Origin: Corallochytrium limacisporum Hawaii
Taxonomy: Eukaryota > Protista > Pluriformea
Reading direction: 5' to 3'
NCBI GenBank assembly: GCA_002811645.1
Contig: PDIP01000079.1
Coordinates: 19,576-83,575 of the forward strand
DNA: 64,000 nt
The position numbers and the translations under genes are program-made. Positions 1 to 10,831 of the stretch are shown piece after piece (the stretch's first letter is position 1; each line of letters starts with the position of its first letter). Below the pieces are notes generated by a model that saw only the letters and a list, made by a program, of their open reading frames with translations, ran no database searches and had not been told where the DNA came from.

Positions 1-1
1 T

Positions 2-46
2 TTGTACGACTACGATGTGTTCAATGTCAAGCCAAAGTCAAAATAG
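2..46 (+). CDS. 3' end of a gene entering from the left edge (LYDYDVFNVKPKSK*)
   Basis: Open frame from base 2 to TAG at 44-46 with coding-like codons, followed by an AT-rich 3'UTR-like stretch. Confidence 0.55.
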   Translation: MYDYDVFNVKPKSK

Positions 47-1827
47 TCCTTTTTTGAGAGTAGCAGGGACTCTTCGTTTGAATCAGCTATTGAAATATTT
101 TTTTATGATTGTTAAAAAGAGCAAAATATAATGAAATAGAATGGAATCAATATAAGTTATTATACAATCAAGATTAAAAAAGATCCTCGGGAGTCAAGTT
201 TTTCGGAGTTTTGACCCTAACATACCAGACAGAGGGTGGTACATGCAAGGCTGTCAAGTCAGTATCGGACAGAAGACAGGAATAGAATATTTTTTTTCGC
301 CGACAGAATAAGGTCGGCGTGCCTCCTCCCAAGTAAAATTTAGTACTCTTTTCGCTGAACCAGTTTCACATTATTTTTAGTGATTCTTGCATCTAGGTCA
401 CACCTTCCCAAGGCACAAACTCTCTGAGGGCGGGTGATATGGATTTAATTCTTATAGGTCCCAGACACAAATAACCAGTGATACTTGTAGCAATTTCATA
501 GTTAGAAGGCTGTTTTTTCGCGCACAGCTAATATCACCGTTGTGTAAAATAATATCCGATGTCCTTCGAAATCCTTCCAAGTCGCAATGATGATCGCTAG
601 GCGGTGTGAGATGCTGTGCGAAATAACGTCACTCAGGAGAGTCCAGGTCGACAGTCACTCCCATTAGAAAATTTTCTAGCCCCGTACTATACTAGTTCAG
701 GCCCGTGTTTGCCTGTTTGCTCAGCTACGTCCTACTCACTCTGGAGTGAGCCTACCTAAATTATGATTTGGAGATGCAAACTAGGCAGAAACGCAGACTG
801 TTGATCTTCCTGGAGTGCACACAGGCAGCCGACAATACCGACAGGTCAGCAATCGTCTGAGAACCGTTGGTGGGGAGAGTTTGAGCAAAGACGGGGCTTT
901 CGATTGCGTGAAGGAGGGAAAAGGTGGGGAACGGGGAGGGGGGAAAAGGACGTGGCGGTGACGGGGTGAGCAATCCGGAGAAGAACAATTTGATACCAGG
1001 GCGCGAAACCCGTCCGCGGATGATTGGGAACTGACGTCCGTTTAGTACCGCCGCGCACAAACCGTGCGACAGAGGCGGTGAGCCGGGGAGTTGAGAGACC
1101 CGACCACATTGCCGCTCTCCCCTCAGCTCGGCCTGGTCCTGAGACACGGGGACTTTTCAATTTTGATTTTTTCCGTTGTGTCCACATCCATGTCCCCTCG
1201 TCGCGGTTATCCTTCTCCATCTGCTTCTGTAGTAAATAAATTCGAGTCTTCTCCCTTGTTGGGGGATATGCAGGTGAGAAGCTGATGTTCCGTGGACGAT
1301 AAAGAAAAAGTTGGACGTTTTGGGAAGGAGGGAATCCCTCCGAGGGGGGGGGGAAGAGGACGGAGACGAGCCGGGGAGACATAGATTGGTACTGAATGTA
1401 TGGAAAGCGGTTGCAGTTCAACAGATAGAATACCTGCGAACGAGAACTACGTAAAGAAAAAATTTGGTAGGCGGTTGCCTTTGCAGCAAATGTACAAGCA
1501 ACGAGACCCACAAAGCAAATAACTTCTTCGGTTCGCAATCGGGTGTGTGTGTCTGTTGAAGTTTTGCCAATCGATGACATGGTACATTGCAAACTGCTGT
1601 CCCTCGTGTACACGTTTCTTGCCGCGGAAGCTTCCCATCTTCGCCCTGCTGTGCGCAGGTAGAAGAACAGAGTAATCTGACGACCGGAAACAGTTTCAGC
1701 CATTGGTCGATGTAAACTGTGATGGGTAGCAAATCACACGCTCACGACGAAGATATTTACGTAGAAAGAAACAATAGAGAATGTCCCTCGTTGCACAGTA
1801 ATATAAAGTTCAGTTGATTATTGAAAT

Positions 1828-4236
1828 ATGAATTCAGACGACACACATTCGACTGGTAAGTCATCGCCAGCCCGGGAAGAACCCGAGACCCCCGATGCGT
1901 TGGGTAGCCATAATTCCCAGGAGAAACAGCCACTGATTCCTCCTTCTTTTGACGATGGCCGTGCCCCAGTTTCAGAGGCCCAATTCTGGAATAAATATGA
2001 GGTCAAATATGAGGACGTGACCGTCCGTCAGCACATGAAGAGCACGCTTTCAAAGGTGCAATGCTGCCCTACAACCAAGGCGGGAGTGAAGAAGATGGCC
2101 CGTAAGCGATTCCCCATTGCTTCCTGGTTGCCTAAGTACAACAAGGATTCCTTTGTAGCAGACTTGATTGCATCGGTTACCATTGCAGTCCTCAACGTAC
2201 CCCAGGGTATGAGTTACGGTATTCTTGCCGGATTGCCACCCCAATACGGCCTCTATACATCCATCTTCCCTCCCCTTATGTACGCATTCTTGGGAACATC
2301 GCGCCAGATGAGCATCGGTACATTTGCGCTGGTTTCGCTCATGTCCGGTCAGGCCGCAACTGCTATTGTCGGTGAAGGTAGCATTGACGGGTCCTCAACC
2401 AACATTAAGCCAGAATTTATTGAAGCTTCGATTGCCATTTGCTTTATTGTGGGTCTGCTGCAGATTCTCATGGGCTTTATGAGGCTGAGTGTGGTTGCAC
2501 TGTTCCTGAGTGAGGCGCTGCTGTCTGGCTACACCTGTGCCGCTGCCTTCCACATTGGCACTAGTCAGATCAAGCAGTTTGTGGGTGTTTCGGCACCTAG
2601 CTACGATGGAGCTGCAGGAATGTTCCGCAAGTGGGGCTGGTACCTCAAGGAAATCCCTAACTGGAACCCTGCTGATATCGTGTGTGGTCTCATCGCTGTA
2701 CTGATGCTGCTGGGCATCCGCGAATTCAACATTCGGTACAAAAAGAAGCTGTTCATGCCCATCCCCGGTGAACTGATTGTCTGTGGTATTGCCATTCTGG
2801 CTTCCTGGCTCGGAGGTCTGGACGATGCTGTCGGTCTCAGCCTGCTCGGTGATGTTCCCGCCGGTTTGCCCACCCCTTCCGTACCGAGCTTCAGCGCTGG
2901 ATTCAGCGAGCTCTTCATGCAGGCTATTCCCATTGCCATCGTCGGTTTCGTCATCTCCATTTCCATTACCAAGACGTTTGCGAAGCAACATGGCTACTCC
3001 ACCAGTGCTTCTCAGGAACTGTATGCCTATGGCGCATCTGCTCTCTTCGGCTCCTTCTTCCAGTGCTTCACCCCTGCAGGTAGCCTCAGCCGTAGTGCCG
3101 TGGCGAATGAAATTGGTATGAAGACTCAGATTGCGACCCTGATGCAAAGCGGTATTTTGATGGTTGTCCTTTTGATTGCCACTCCCGCATTTGCCTACTT
3201 GCCAAACTCCGTTTTGGGTGCCGTTATTATTGTCGCGCTCCGCGGTCTGATTCTCCAAGTGAAGGATGCAAAGATCTACGCTCAGGTCAAGATTGCTGAT
3301 TTCTACGTCTGGGTTATTTCTTTTGTGGGTACCCTCATCTTCAACATTCAATGGGGTATTGTGATTGCTCTGGCTGCTAACTTGGCCGTGATTATCATCC
3401 GCACCTCTCGACCGTCTATTCAGCTGCTGGGGTGGATTCCTAACACTGAGATCTATCGTGACACCAGCCGTGTTACTGAGGCTGTTGATGTCAAGGGAGT
3501 TGCCATCATGCGTTTCAATGCATCCATCTACTACAGCAATGCTCGCTACCTGATGGACCACGTTATTCGCGTTATCAACGAAGCGGACCGTCCGATTCAT
3601 TCATTCGTTCTAGACTGCAACCCTGTCAACGACATTGACACGGCTGGTGTGAAGATGATGGTGGAACTGCAGAATGAATTGCGCAGGCGCCATGTTATGC
3701 TCTATCTCGCTGTATGCAAGGGCAACGTCCGTGATGTCCTTCGTCGTGGTGGCTTCTATGACCACCAGGAGAACGAAAACGTCAAGTACATGTTCGTAAC
3801 ATTGCACGATGCTGTCGTCTTTGCATGCTACGATGGCATTCATGGACGGGAGTCTGTGGTTGACCATAGCAATGCGGTCTCCCCGTGCCACTCGTCAAAC
3901 CCGTATGGTCCTTCGTATAACGAGGAAGGTAAGGTGTCGTTCCGTTTCACCCGAGATGCAGCTATTGCCATGCTTGACGGTGCAGCTATGAACATTGGCA
4001 TGATGAACGCAGCTGACTCCGACACCGATGAAGATGATGAGGAGATGTACGGAGTGCCCTTGTCAAGGTCTGATCACGCTGGCGTTGACTATGAGGATGC
4101 CGATGTACCGAACCAAATGCCTTACCTCGCTCGCCGCAACACCTACAGCATGGAATTGCCCGTGGTAATGCCGCGTACCGCGCACACCCGCCGCAGCAAC
4201 TCCTCCGGTGATGTTGACCCCGCCGATAGGGTCTAA
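1828..4236 (+). CDS. SLC26/SulP sulfate/anion transporter with C-terminal STAS domain
   Basis: 802 aa ORF; PIASWLPKY, VPQGMSYGILAGLPPQYGLY, GTSRQMSIG, GSLSRS motifs; many TM helices; STAS (RFNASIYYSN, LDCNPVNDID). Confidence 0.95.
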   Translation: MNSDDTHSTGKSSPAREEPETPDALGSHNSQEKQPLIPPSFDDGRAPVSEAQFWNKYEVKYEDVTVRQHMKSTLSKVQCCPTTKAGVKKMARKRFPIASWLPKYNKDSFVADLIASVTIAVLNVPQGMSYGILAGLPPQYGLYTSIFPPLMYAFLGTSRQMSIGTFALVSLMSGQAATAIVGEGSIDGSSTNIKPEFIEASIAICFIVGLLQILMGFMRLSVVALFLSEALLSGYTCAAAFHIGTSQIKQFVGVSAPSYDGAAGMFRKWGWYLKEIPNWNPADIVCGLIAVLMLLGIREFNIRYKKKLFMPIPGELIVCGIAILASWLGGLDDAVGLSLLGDVPAGLPTPSVPSFSAGFSELFMQAIPIAIVGFVISISITKTFAKQHGYSTSASQELYAYGASALFGSFFQCFTPAGSLSRSAVANEIGMKTQIATLMQSGILMVVLLIATPAFAYLPNSVLGAVIIVALRGLILQVKDAKIYAQVKIADFYVWVISFVGTLIFNIQWGIVIALAANLAVIIIRTSRPSIQLLGWIPNTEIYRDTSRVTEAVDVKGVAIMRFNASIYYSNARYLMDHVIRVINEADRPIHSFVLDCNPVNDIDTAGVKMMVELQNELRRRHVMLYLAVCKGNVRDVLRRGGFYDHQENENVKYMFVTLHDAVVFACYDGIHGRESVVDHSNAVSPCHSSNPYGPSYNEEGKVSFRFTRDAAIAMLDGAAMNIGMMNAADSDTDEDDEEMYGVPLSRSDHAGVDYEDADVPNQMPYLARRNTYSMELPVVMPRTAHTRRSNSSGDVDPADRV

Positions 4237-5483
4237 ATGACACAAACTAATATTTTGTAAACCAAAACCAATCCATGATATTTAACAACATAACCATGAA
4301 TCAATACATAGTACCATAGTATCACAACGTAGAAGAAGCCATCGTGCGACGTAAAATCAATTCGTGCCCGAAGATGTCACTGTATGCTGTCTGGATACGG
4401 GGCCTATTTATTTCACTCAACACACCTACTCCTCTCGGTCGACGACGGGGTGGCCCAGTGGAAAAAGGCAGGATAGTGCGGAGTTTCTTGGCAGTGGGTA
4501 AACTTCAGACCTGGTGGTACTTTAGGTATACAGAAGGGCAACCCTTTAGGCTCATGGTAGATAACCCGTGTACTCCGTCTGCAGGCGGAGTTTTGCAGGC
4601 ACGCGCAGTATGTTTAGTACAGTTTGCTAAATTGCTCTCACGGACGGGAGGTGTCAACCCCACCCCCCTGCCAGCCACTCCGTCGGTTCGGTACTTTCAG
4701 TACCAAAATGTGGTGCTCCACCAGGGTCGGTACAGAATCGTTTCGTTCAGGAAGGATTTGCACGTTCCGGTCCCCCCCCCCGGGGGGGAGGGGGTGGGTG
4801 GTGAGTAGAAGCCTCAGCAATCCTCGGATTCCCGGGCAAGTGTTGCCCGCTTGCACACCTGACCGCAGCGGAAGCTGCCCCCCACGAGGGAAGGTGGGTC
4901 TCAGTGAAAGCAAGCCTCCCCCCGGGGAGGGGGGAGGGGGGGGGGGTTGTGGCCTCCAGTGGTGGTGGAGTGGGGCTAGTGGGTCCCCCGGGTGGCAGAG
5001 AATGTACGGAAGCGCCGAAGGGACCGCGACCCGGCGAGGACGAAATGGAAGAGACACGGCGAGGAGGTCTGGCCGTTGAGGGTGGGTTCCGGTGCGTGTT
5101 TGGCTGATTGGGCATCATTCGTGTGTGAGCATGCAGCAGCGGTTTGTGACCTTTACGATTTTGTTTAAGTTGGCTGCCGCTAGTATTAGATTCTAAAATA
5201 TATGTTGTTCGTACTGGATACGAAATCGGAAGTCCATATGGCTATTTGGAATGGATAGTCAATAAAAACAGAATCTGACACGTGACTCTTACAAACAAGT
5301 CCATAAAACACGGAAGAAATAAAGCGACCTTCTTCTCGGGCCGGACCAGTTCTCGGTTGAAACATCGCAAAGACCTCATTTGTGTTCAACTTTAAACTAT
5401 ACGATTGGGGGTTAAAGAAGGATCAATATCCGAGAATAGAATCGACAGTACGATAGCTTTGAAAGTTACACTTTTATAAAAAT

Positions 5484-6182
5484 ATGAGTTTCTTCGGGGG
5501 AAGCAGTAACACAAATACCACTTCTGAGGAGGTGCAAGATGCTGCTCAGGAGTTTGGCAACTACACTTCTTATGGTGGCAGCTACGATAGCGCCGATGCC
5601 ACTCTGAACGTGCCCCTCATGCCCACCGGCAACTCTGGTTTGTCGCCGTACGCCCTCGGTGCGCAGGAGCTCCAACCTCTGTTTAGCCAGGGCGGTGTGG
5701 ACTACGTTTTTGCTGACGAATATGCGGCTTCACAACAAATGGGCTTCGGACAGCAGCTCTGCTACGGAACGGGTATCTCCTACCTGACGGGTTTGACTAT
5801 CGGTTCCTTTTGGGGTCTGAAGGAAGGCCTTACCCGCACTGATATTGGCGGTACCTCTGCTCGTCTTCGTCTGAATACCGTACTCAACGCCATTACACGC
5901 CGTGGACCCTTCGTTGGCAACAGCGTCGGTGTGCTGGCCATGCTGTACAACCTGAATGACTGGACCATTGTGTACTTCCGTGGTGGCGAGGACGATGCCA
6001 TCAACACTGTTGCCGCTGGTGCCGGCGCTGGTGCGATTTTCAAGAGCACTGCCGGACCTCGCCGCATGCTCCTGGCCACTGCTGTGGGTGCAGGTGTGGC
6101 GACTACCTACGCGGTGGCCCGTTACTTTGCGGACGGTAAACCGCTGCTGGGACCTAAGATTTCCAAAACTCTAGGACTGTAA
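5484..6182 (+). CDS. TIM23: Mitochondrial inner membrane import translocase subunit Tim23
   Basis: LCYGTGISYLTG, RLRLNTVLNAITRRGPFVGNSVGVLAMLYN, RGGEDDAINTVAAGAGAGAIFKSTAG (PRAT family). Confidence 0.93.
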   Translation: MSFFGGSSNTNTTSEEVQDAAQEFGNYTSYGGSYDSADATLNVPLMPTGNSGLSPYALGAQELQPLFSQGGVDYVFADEYAASQQMGFGQQLCYGTGISYLTGLTIGSFWGLKEGLTRTDIGGTSARLRLNTVLNAITRRGPFVGNSVGVLAMLYNLNDWTIVYFRGGEDDAINTVAAGAGAGAIFKSTAGPRRMLLATAVGAGVATTYAVARYFADGKPLLGPKISKTLGL

Positions 6183-6472
6183 AGAACAAAGACTGTGAGC
6201 CAAGGAAACTGGGCTCTATGACCGAATCACACGCAATCATCAGTCACAAATCACAGCACGGCAGTTTTCTAGCACATCATGCGCGGGCATCATAACATTG
6301 TACAGCATCACAAACACAAGCGATCCACACGGACTTTGTTACTAGTGTAGTAACCTTGTCCTCACTTATTTACAACCCATCTGCATACTATATATAATTT
6401 ACAATGGTTATTTTCTAGATTTTCGAGCCGGGTACTTGAGAACATGATTGTTTAAACATGAAGTAAATCGTT

Positions 6473-7669
6473 TTAGTTCTCGCAATTGTTGATAGTGGGT
6501 GCGCCTACGCCAGTATCAGGTTCGTATGTGATACCCAGATCATCCAGTTGGTCGTAGAAGTAGGGACGACAGGAACCGCTGCGCCGTTTTGTGAGAATGC
6601 GCACCCCAGTCTCGGTGACGAGCAGGGTCTCTTCAAACTGAGCGCTAAGCTTGCCATCGGTGGTGGTCGAGGTCCAACCATCCCGCCAGAGCATGTCGCG
6701 CCATGTGCCTAAATTGATCATGGGCTCGATGGTAAAGCAGTGGCCGGGTTGCATGATGCCAACAGCCTTGTTCTTTCCGTAGTGGGGCACATTTGGGAAC
6801 GTGTGGAAGAGCTGGTGGATGCCATGGCCGCAATAAGTCCGCACCACACTGGTATCATTGAAGCTGGCATGCTTTTGAATTATATTGCCAATATCACGAT
6901 ACCGCATGCCAGGCTTGCAAGCAGCGATGGCACGATCAAGGCACTCTCGGGCGGTTTTCACTAAGCGGAGGGCATCATCGCTCGGCTTCCCGATAAATAT
7001 TGTGTCGTTCAGGTCACCATGGAAGCCGCCTTTGTAGAGAGTAATATCAATGTTCAGGATATCGCCTTCCTTCAAGGGGCGAGAATCTGGGATACCGTGG
7101 CAGATGACTTCGTTCAGACTAGTACAGCAGCTCTTCGGAAATTCGTAGTAGTTCAATGGGCTCGGGTAAGCATCCCGTTCCATGCAGGCGGCATGAACAG
7201 CGTCATCAATCTCCTCACAAGTAACACCGGGTTTCGCCATTTCCACTGCAATGTCTAAGACTTCCCGAGCGAGTTCGCACACATGTTCCATACCCTTGAT
7301 CTCCTCTGCCGTTAGCTGCTTAATCTGTGTCTGGCTCTTGGCCCGCTGTTCACTAATTGGCTGACCGTGTACGGCATAGTCAGGTTTTTGGACGCCGTTC
7401 TTGACCTTATTATGCTCCATTCTTCTCGGAAATGGTCTCAGTTCTCCACTATATTCAAACCCTGGATACGGATCGTATTCGCCATTCGCGCTCTTTCCAT
7501 TGGTACCAATGCCTGCGGCCTGGTGGATCAGTTTGTGCACCGTCCAAGTTTTCTTGAAACAGTCCTGCGTGCAGAAGCGTGCAGGTGGCAGGCCATTCTT
7601 GACACAGATGGGGCACTGCATTTTGCCCTCATTGGAGCAGCCATTCCGGCCGCATTCAAATTTCACCAT
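6473..7669 (-). CDS. METAP1: Methionine aminopeptidase 1 with N-terminal C6H2 zinc finger
   Basis: [19 protein letters not shown] zinc finger; [45 protein letters not shown] catalytic motifs. Confidence 0.97.
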   Translation of the reverse strand: MVKFECGRNGCSNEGKMQCPICVKNGLPPARFCTQDCFKKTWTVHKLIHQAAGIGTNGKSANGEYDPYPGFEYSGELRPFPRRMEHNKVKNGVQKPDYAVHGQPISEQRAKSQTQIKQLTAEEIKGMEHVCELAREVLDIAVEMAKPGVTCEEIDDAVHAACMERDAYPSPLNYYEFPKSCCTSLNEVICHGIPDSRPLKEGDILNIDITLYKGGFHGDLNDTIFIGKPSDDALRLVKTARECLDRAIAACKPGMRYRDIGNIIQKHASFNDTSVVRTYCGHGIHQLFHTFPNVPHYGKNKAVGIMQPGHCFTIEPMINLGTWRDMLWRDGWTSTTTDGKLSAQFEETLLVTETGVRILTKRRSGSCRPYFYDQLDDLGITYEPDTGVGAPTINNCEN

Positions 7670-8154
7670 TGTTATCTATATGCTATTTACTCTGTAAACC
7701 TGGATTCCCGTAGATGTTTACCTCAGCACCATTTTCTTTACATGCCTTCACGGAACTTGGCATCTGCGTGGCATTACATGCATTTCTGTCGTCTCAGGAA
7801 TCCCCTCAAGTAGCCGTTGTGAACTGCAATTAAGGTGTCATATCATACGACCCGTGCTCAGACCCATCCAACTCTCGTCCCTTATTCCCGAACCCACAAG
7901 ATCGGTCCACCCTTTACTTACACGGACCGCACGCACAGGCGAAACGGAAGCGCTCAGCCACGGGCAAGGAAAATGCAGCACCAACCATGTGGTGAAGTCT
8001 GCCATACTGAATGTATACAGAACTCTGCCTTTCGCTAGTGGCTGCCGCCAGGGGAGGGAAAAAATTGCCTTCTACTGGCCTATTTAACCATTGCTTCACG
8101 TACTTCCAATACATTCAGTACTAAATAGACAACGTTACCAGGTCAGGTGACCTA

Positions 8155-9318
8155 TCAAGAATTTATCAACGACAATTTCGCGAGCCGAACGAGGTCCTGG
8201 CTTTGATTCAGGGAATATTTTTGCCGTGTTCGTGAGGGGGTCAGCCTTTGGTCCCGATATTGAATGGCAGTCGGTCCGGGGCGGTCCGGGGCGGGCCGGG
8301 GCCACCTCCACTCAGTTCGGACGAGTGAGGTTCGGCTGAAGTGATTATCTCTTGTCGGCTGTGAAACGTTTGCACATGCGTAAAGGGCTTCTGTGGATGC
8401 TACCGATGCCAATGCATTTTGAGGACGTTGTTTGTGCGAATGAAGCTTTGTCGGAAGGATGGTTTCTGGTTAATGTGATGATGGTAGTGATGGTGGATCT
8501 TGCTTGTTGCTGGTCGCTGCCTCGGTTGTCCTTTTTTCCGGAGGATGTGCATCGTCAGCACGCAGTTATATGAGCGAGGTGTGCACATAATGTCTGCAGC
8601 AAGACAATGTGCAGAGATGGTTTGCAGGAACCCAAAAAAACGGGAGATGTTGTTGGCTTGAAAACTCCGCCAGACACTCTTGACGGTAGGATAAATTGTG
8701 ATGATGAAATGAGGGTCCGTACTGAATGAAACCCGGTTCAGAAATCTACCATCAACAATGATGTGCTTCACACTGCGGTACACCCGCACGCATAAACTTT
8801 ATGAACACTTAGGTAATACATTTTGTACAGCATCTTCGTGATAGAAAAAGGCCAGTCCGATGACACCATCTCTTCTTCCCATACTTTTCTTTGCGCACAT
8901 GAGCTCTCGTTGGTATGCAGGTAAGACACCACTGGGGACGCATCAAGGAAAAACAACTGCTTTGTACATGCTACGTTTTCATGCTCCGCAGCAAGAACGC
9001 AAAGGAAAACAGTAGTACAAGAGGCGGCCTGTAAAGTCATTTGGGGCGAGTGCGCGATTTGAGCAGACAGCATTCTTTCGGTCGCTGCCTCAATTGCGTC
9101 AGACCAAGGAAGCACGGGGAACACCGGCAGAGGTGGAAATCTCGGTGGCCCGCCGCGGAATTATGGCTTGTTTCGTGTGTGCCGGTAGCAAATGTACGCG
9201 TGTAAGAACCGACAATTTTGTGGGCTCTCCTCCATTGGCTCCTCACTCGCCCTCCCTTCTTAGGTGTGCCATGTTCCCTCGGTTGGGGGGTTCGGCTTGG
9301 GATTGCACGGCTCTTCAT
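8155..9318 (-). pseudogene. Possible decayed gene: chain of overlapping minus-strand ORFs
   Basis: Four consecutive overlapping ORFs (9318-9037, 9124-8768, 8789-8400, 8412-8155); the middle two read protein-like; no family recognised. Confidence 0.25.
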
Positions 9319-9569
9319 TCATTGTCGAAGATGAATGGAAGTCTAGTCGGTATTCGTCTGAACGTTGTTCATTTGTTCGGATGATAAGGAGACTAAGGTG
9401 GTAAAAGAGACACAGGATCGGGGGAAGATAGGGTTAGAGTTAACGCTCTGTCTGATGAGTTGGCAAGGAAAGAGCGTGCCGCAACTAAAGACTGGTGAAC
9501 TCCACCGAACCAACGTGGCGTGTGCGGCTAACTCATATTTCAAGTTTTGTACGGAGTGAATGTGAAAGG

Positions 9570-10679
9570 ATGGATTCCTCTGTGGAGACAACGGCTGAGA
9601 TCGGCCTGGTGACTTTTGTGGCTGTTGCCAGCACGCTCATCTCGTACGTTATCCACACGTTTGTGAGCATGTTGGTGGCTGTGGCTGTGATTGTGACCTT
9701 CACCTATACATTCATTCGATACCCGACAGACGATTGGGGTCGCATTGCATTTGATGAAGGCTTCTCACCCCACCGGGTATACCTTCTGCTCAAGGCATTA
9801 CTTGGCCAGCTAAAGAATTTGACCTATGCCTTACCATTTGCCAAGAGTTTGTTCTACTACTATCGCTACGCAGGGCCTGACGTTGTTACCAAACGCGTGC
9901 CTTACAGTAAGAATGGAGTCGACCTCGATGTATGGCACTTTAATGACAGTGTGAGCACGACGAAGGCGATGGAAACCGAGGAAGGTAGACGTAATAGAGG
10001 CCGACCAATCGTGATCTACGCGTACGGGGGTGGTTGGAACAGTGGCACAGGAATCCTCTACGGAGCACTGGCAAAGCAACTGAACAACGCCTTTGGCTGC
10101 GCCGTTATCACCATGGACTACATTCTCTGGCCTCGGGGTACCATGCCAGACATGCTGCAGGATGTGCGTGATTGCGTGAACTGGGTGGTCACAAATGCGG
10201 CTTCATTCCAAGGGGATATCCGCCGTATCCACTTTGTTGGACACAGTGCAGGTGCTCAGGTGCTGCTGGCAGCCCTGCTGCTTGATAAGCAGATTTCCGG
10301 ACAAGTCAAGTCTTATGTGGGCCTCGGTGGCCCCTATGATGTAGAACGTCAGTTTCGGCATGAGACTGAACTTGGAGTAGAATTACTGAGTGCACTCCGC
10401 CACGCAATGGAAGGGCGCAAGAATCTACACAAATGGAACCCGACGCGTCTTATTGCCGATGTGCCGCAATCCGTGATCAATGAATTGCCGCCCATGACCA
10501 TCATTCACGATCGAGAGGACGATACGGTGCCCTTTGACGAGGTCACCAACTTCTGTGACGCATGCAAGAAGCGAAAAGTTTTCCCCTGTGTAGTTCCCAT
10601 TGAGAACTTTGGCCACTGCCGTGGCTTCGTACATCGGTGGTCCCAACAACAAAGGCGAGTTCTGGCCTCCAGCAGCTAA
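9570..10679 (+). CDS. Membrane-anchored alpha/beta hydrolase (isoprenylcysteine methylesterase/BD-FAE-like); the true C-terminus may lie in a shifted frame ending at 10749
   Basis: N-terminal TM segments; YGGGW oxyanion motif, GHSAG nucleophile, HDREDDTVP, NFGH; ATG 9570 preferred over GTG 9495. Confidence 0.88.
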   Translation: MDSSVETTAEIGLVTFVAVASTLISYVIHTFVSMLVAVAVIVTFTYTFIRYPTDDWGRIAFDEGFSPHRVYLLLKALLGQLKNLTYALPFAKSLFYYYRYAGPDVVTKRVPYSKNGVDLDVWHFNDSVSTTKAMETEEGRRNRGRPIVIYAYGGGWNSGTGILYGALAKQLNNAFGCAVITMDYILWPRGTMPDMLQDVRDCVNWVVTNAASFQGDIRRIHFVGHSAGAQVLLAALLLDKQISGQVKSYVGLGGPYDVERQFRHETELGVELLSALRHAMEGRKNLHKWNPTRLIADVPQSVINELPPMTIIHDREDDTVPFDEVTNFCDACKKRKVFPCVVPIENFGHCRGFVHRWSQQQRRVLASSS

Positions 10680-10831
10680 GTTCATGGTTGCAATGGGCAA
10701 TGCGATGGAATTAGAACCTGTTGGTTTGTCCCACTTGTCGGAAGACTAGGGAAACATTCTGATTTCCCTAAGGTAGTTCACAATAGATCCTTGATATAGA
10801 AATGTTCTTTATAAGTTTCCATGCTGTAGCC

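Noticed and set aside
846-1703. 285 aa minus-strand ORF upstream of SLC26
   Set aside because: Non-ATG start, promoter-like composition and no protein features
2395-3600. 401 aa antisense ORF inside SLC26
   Set aside because: Codon-bias shadow with no recognisable motifs
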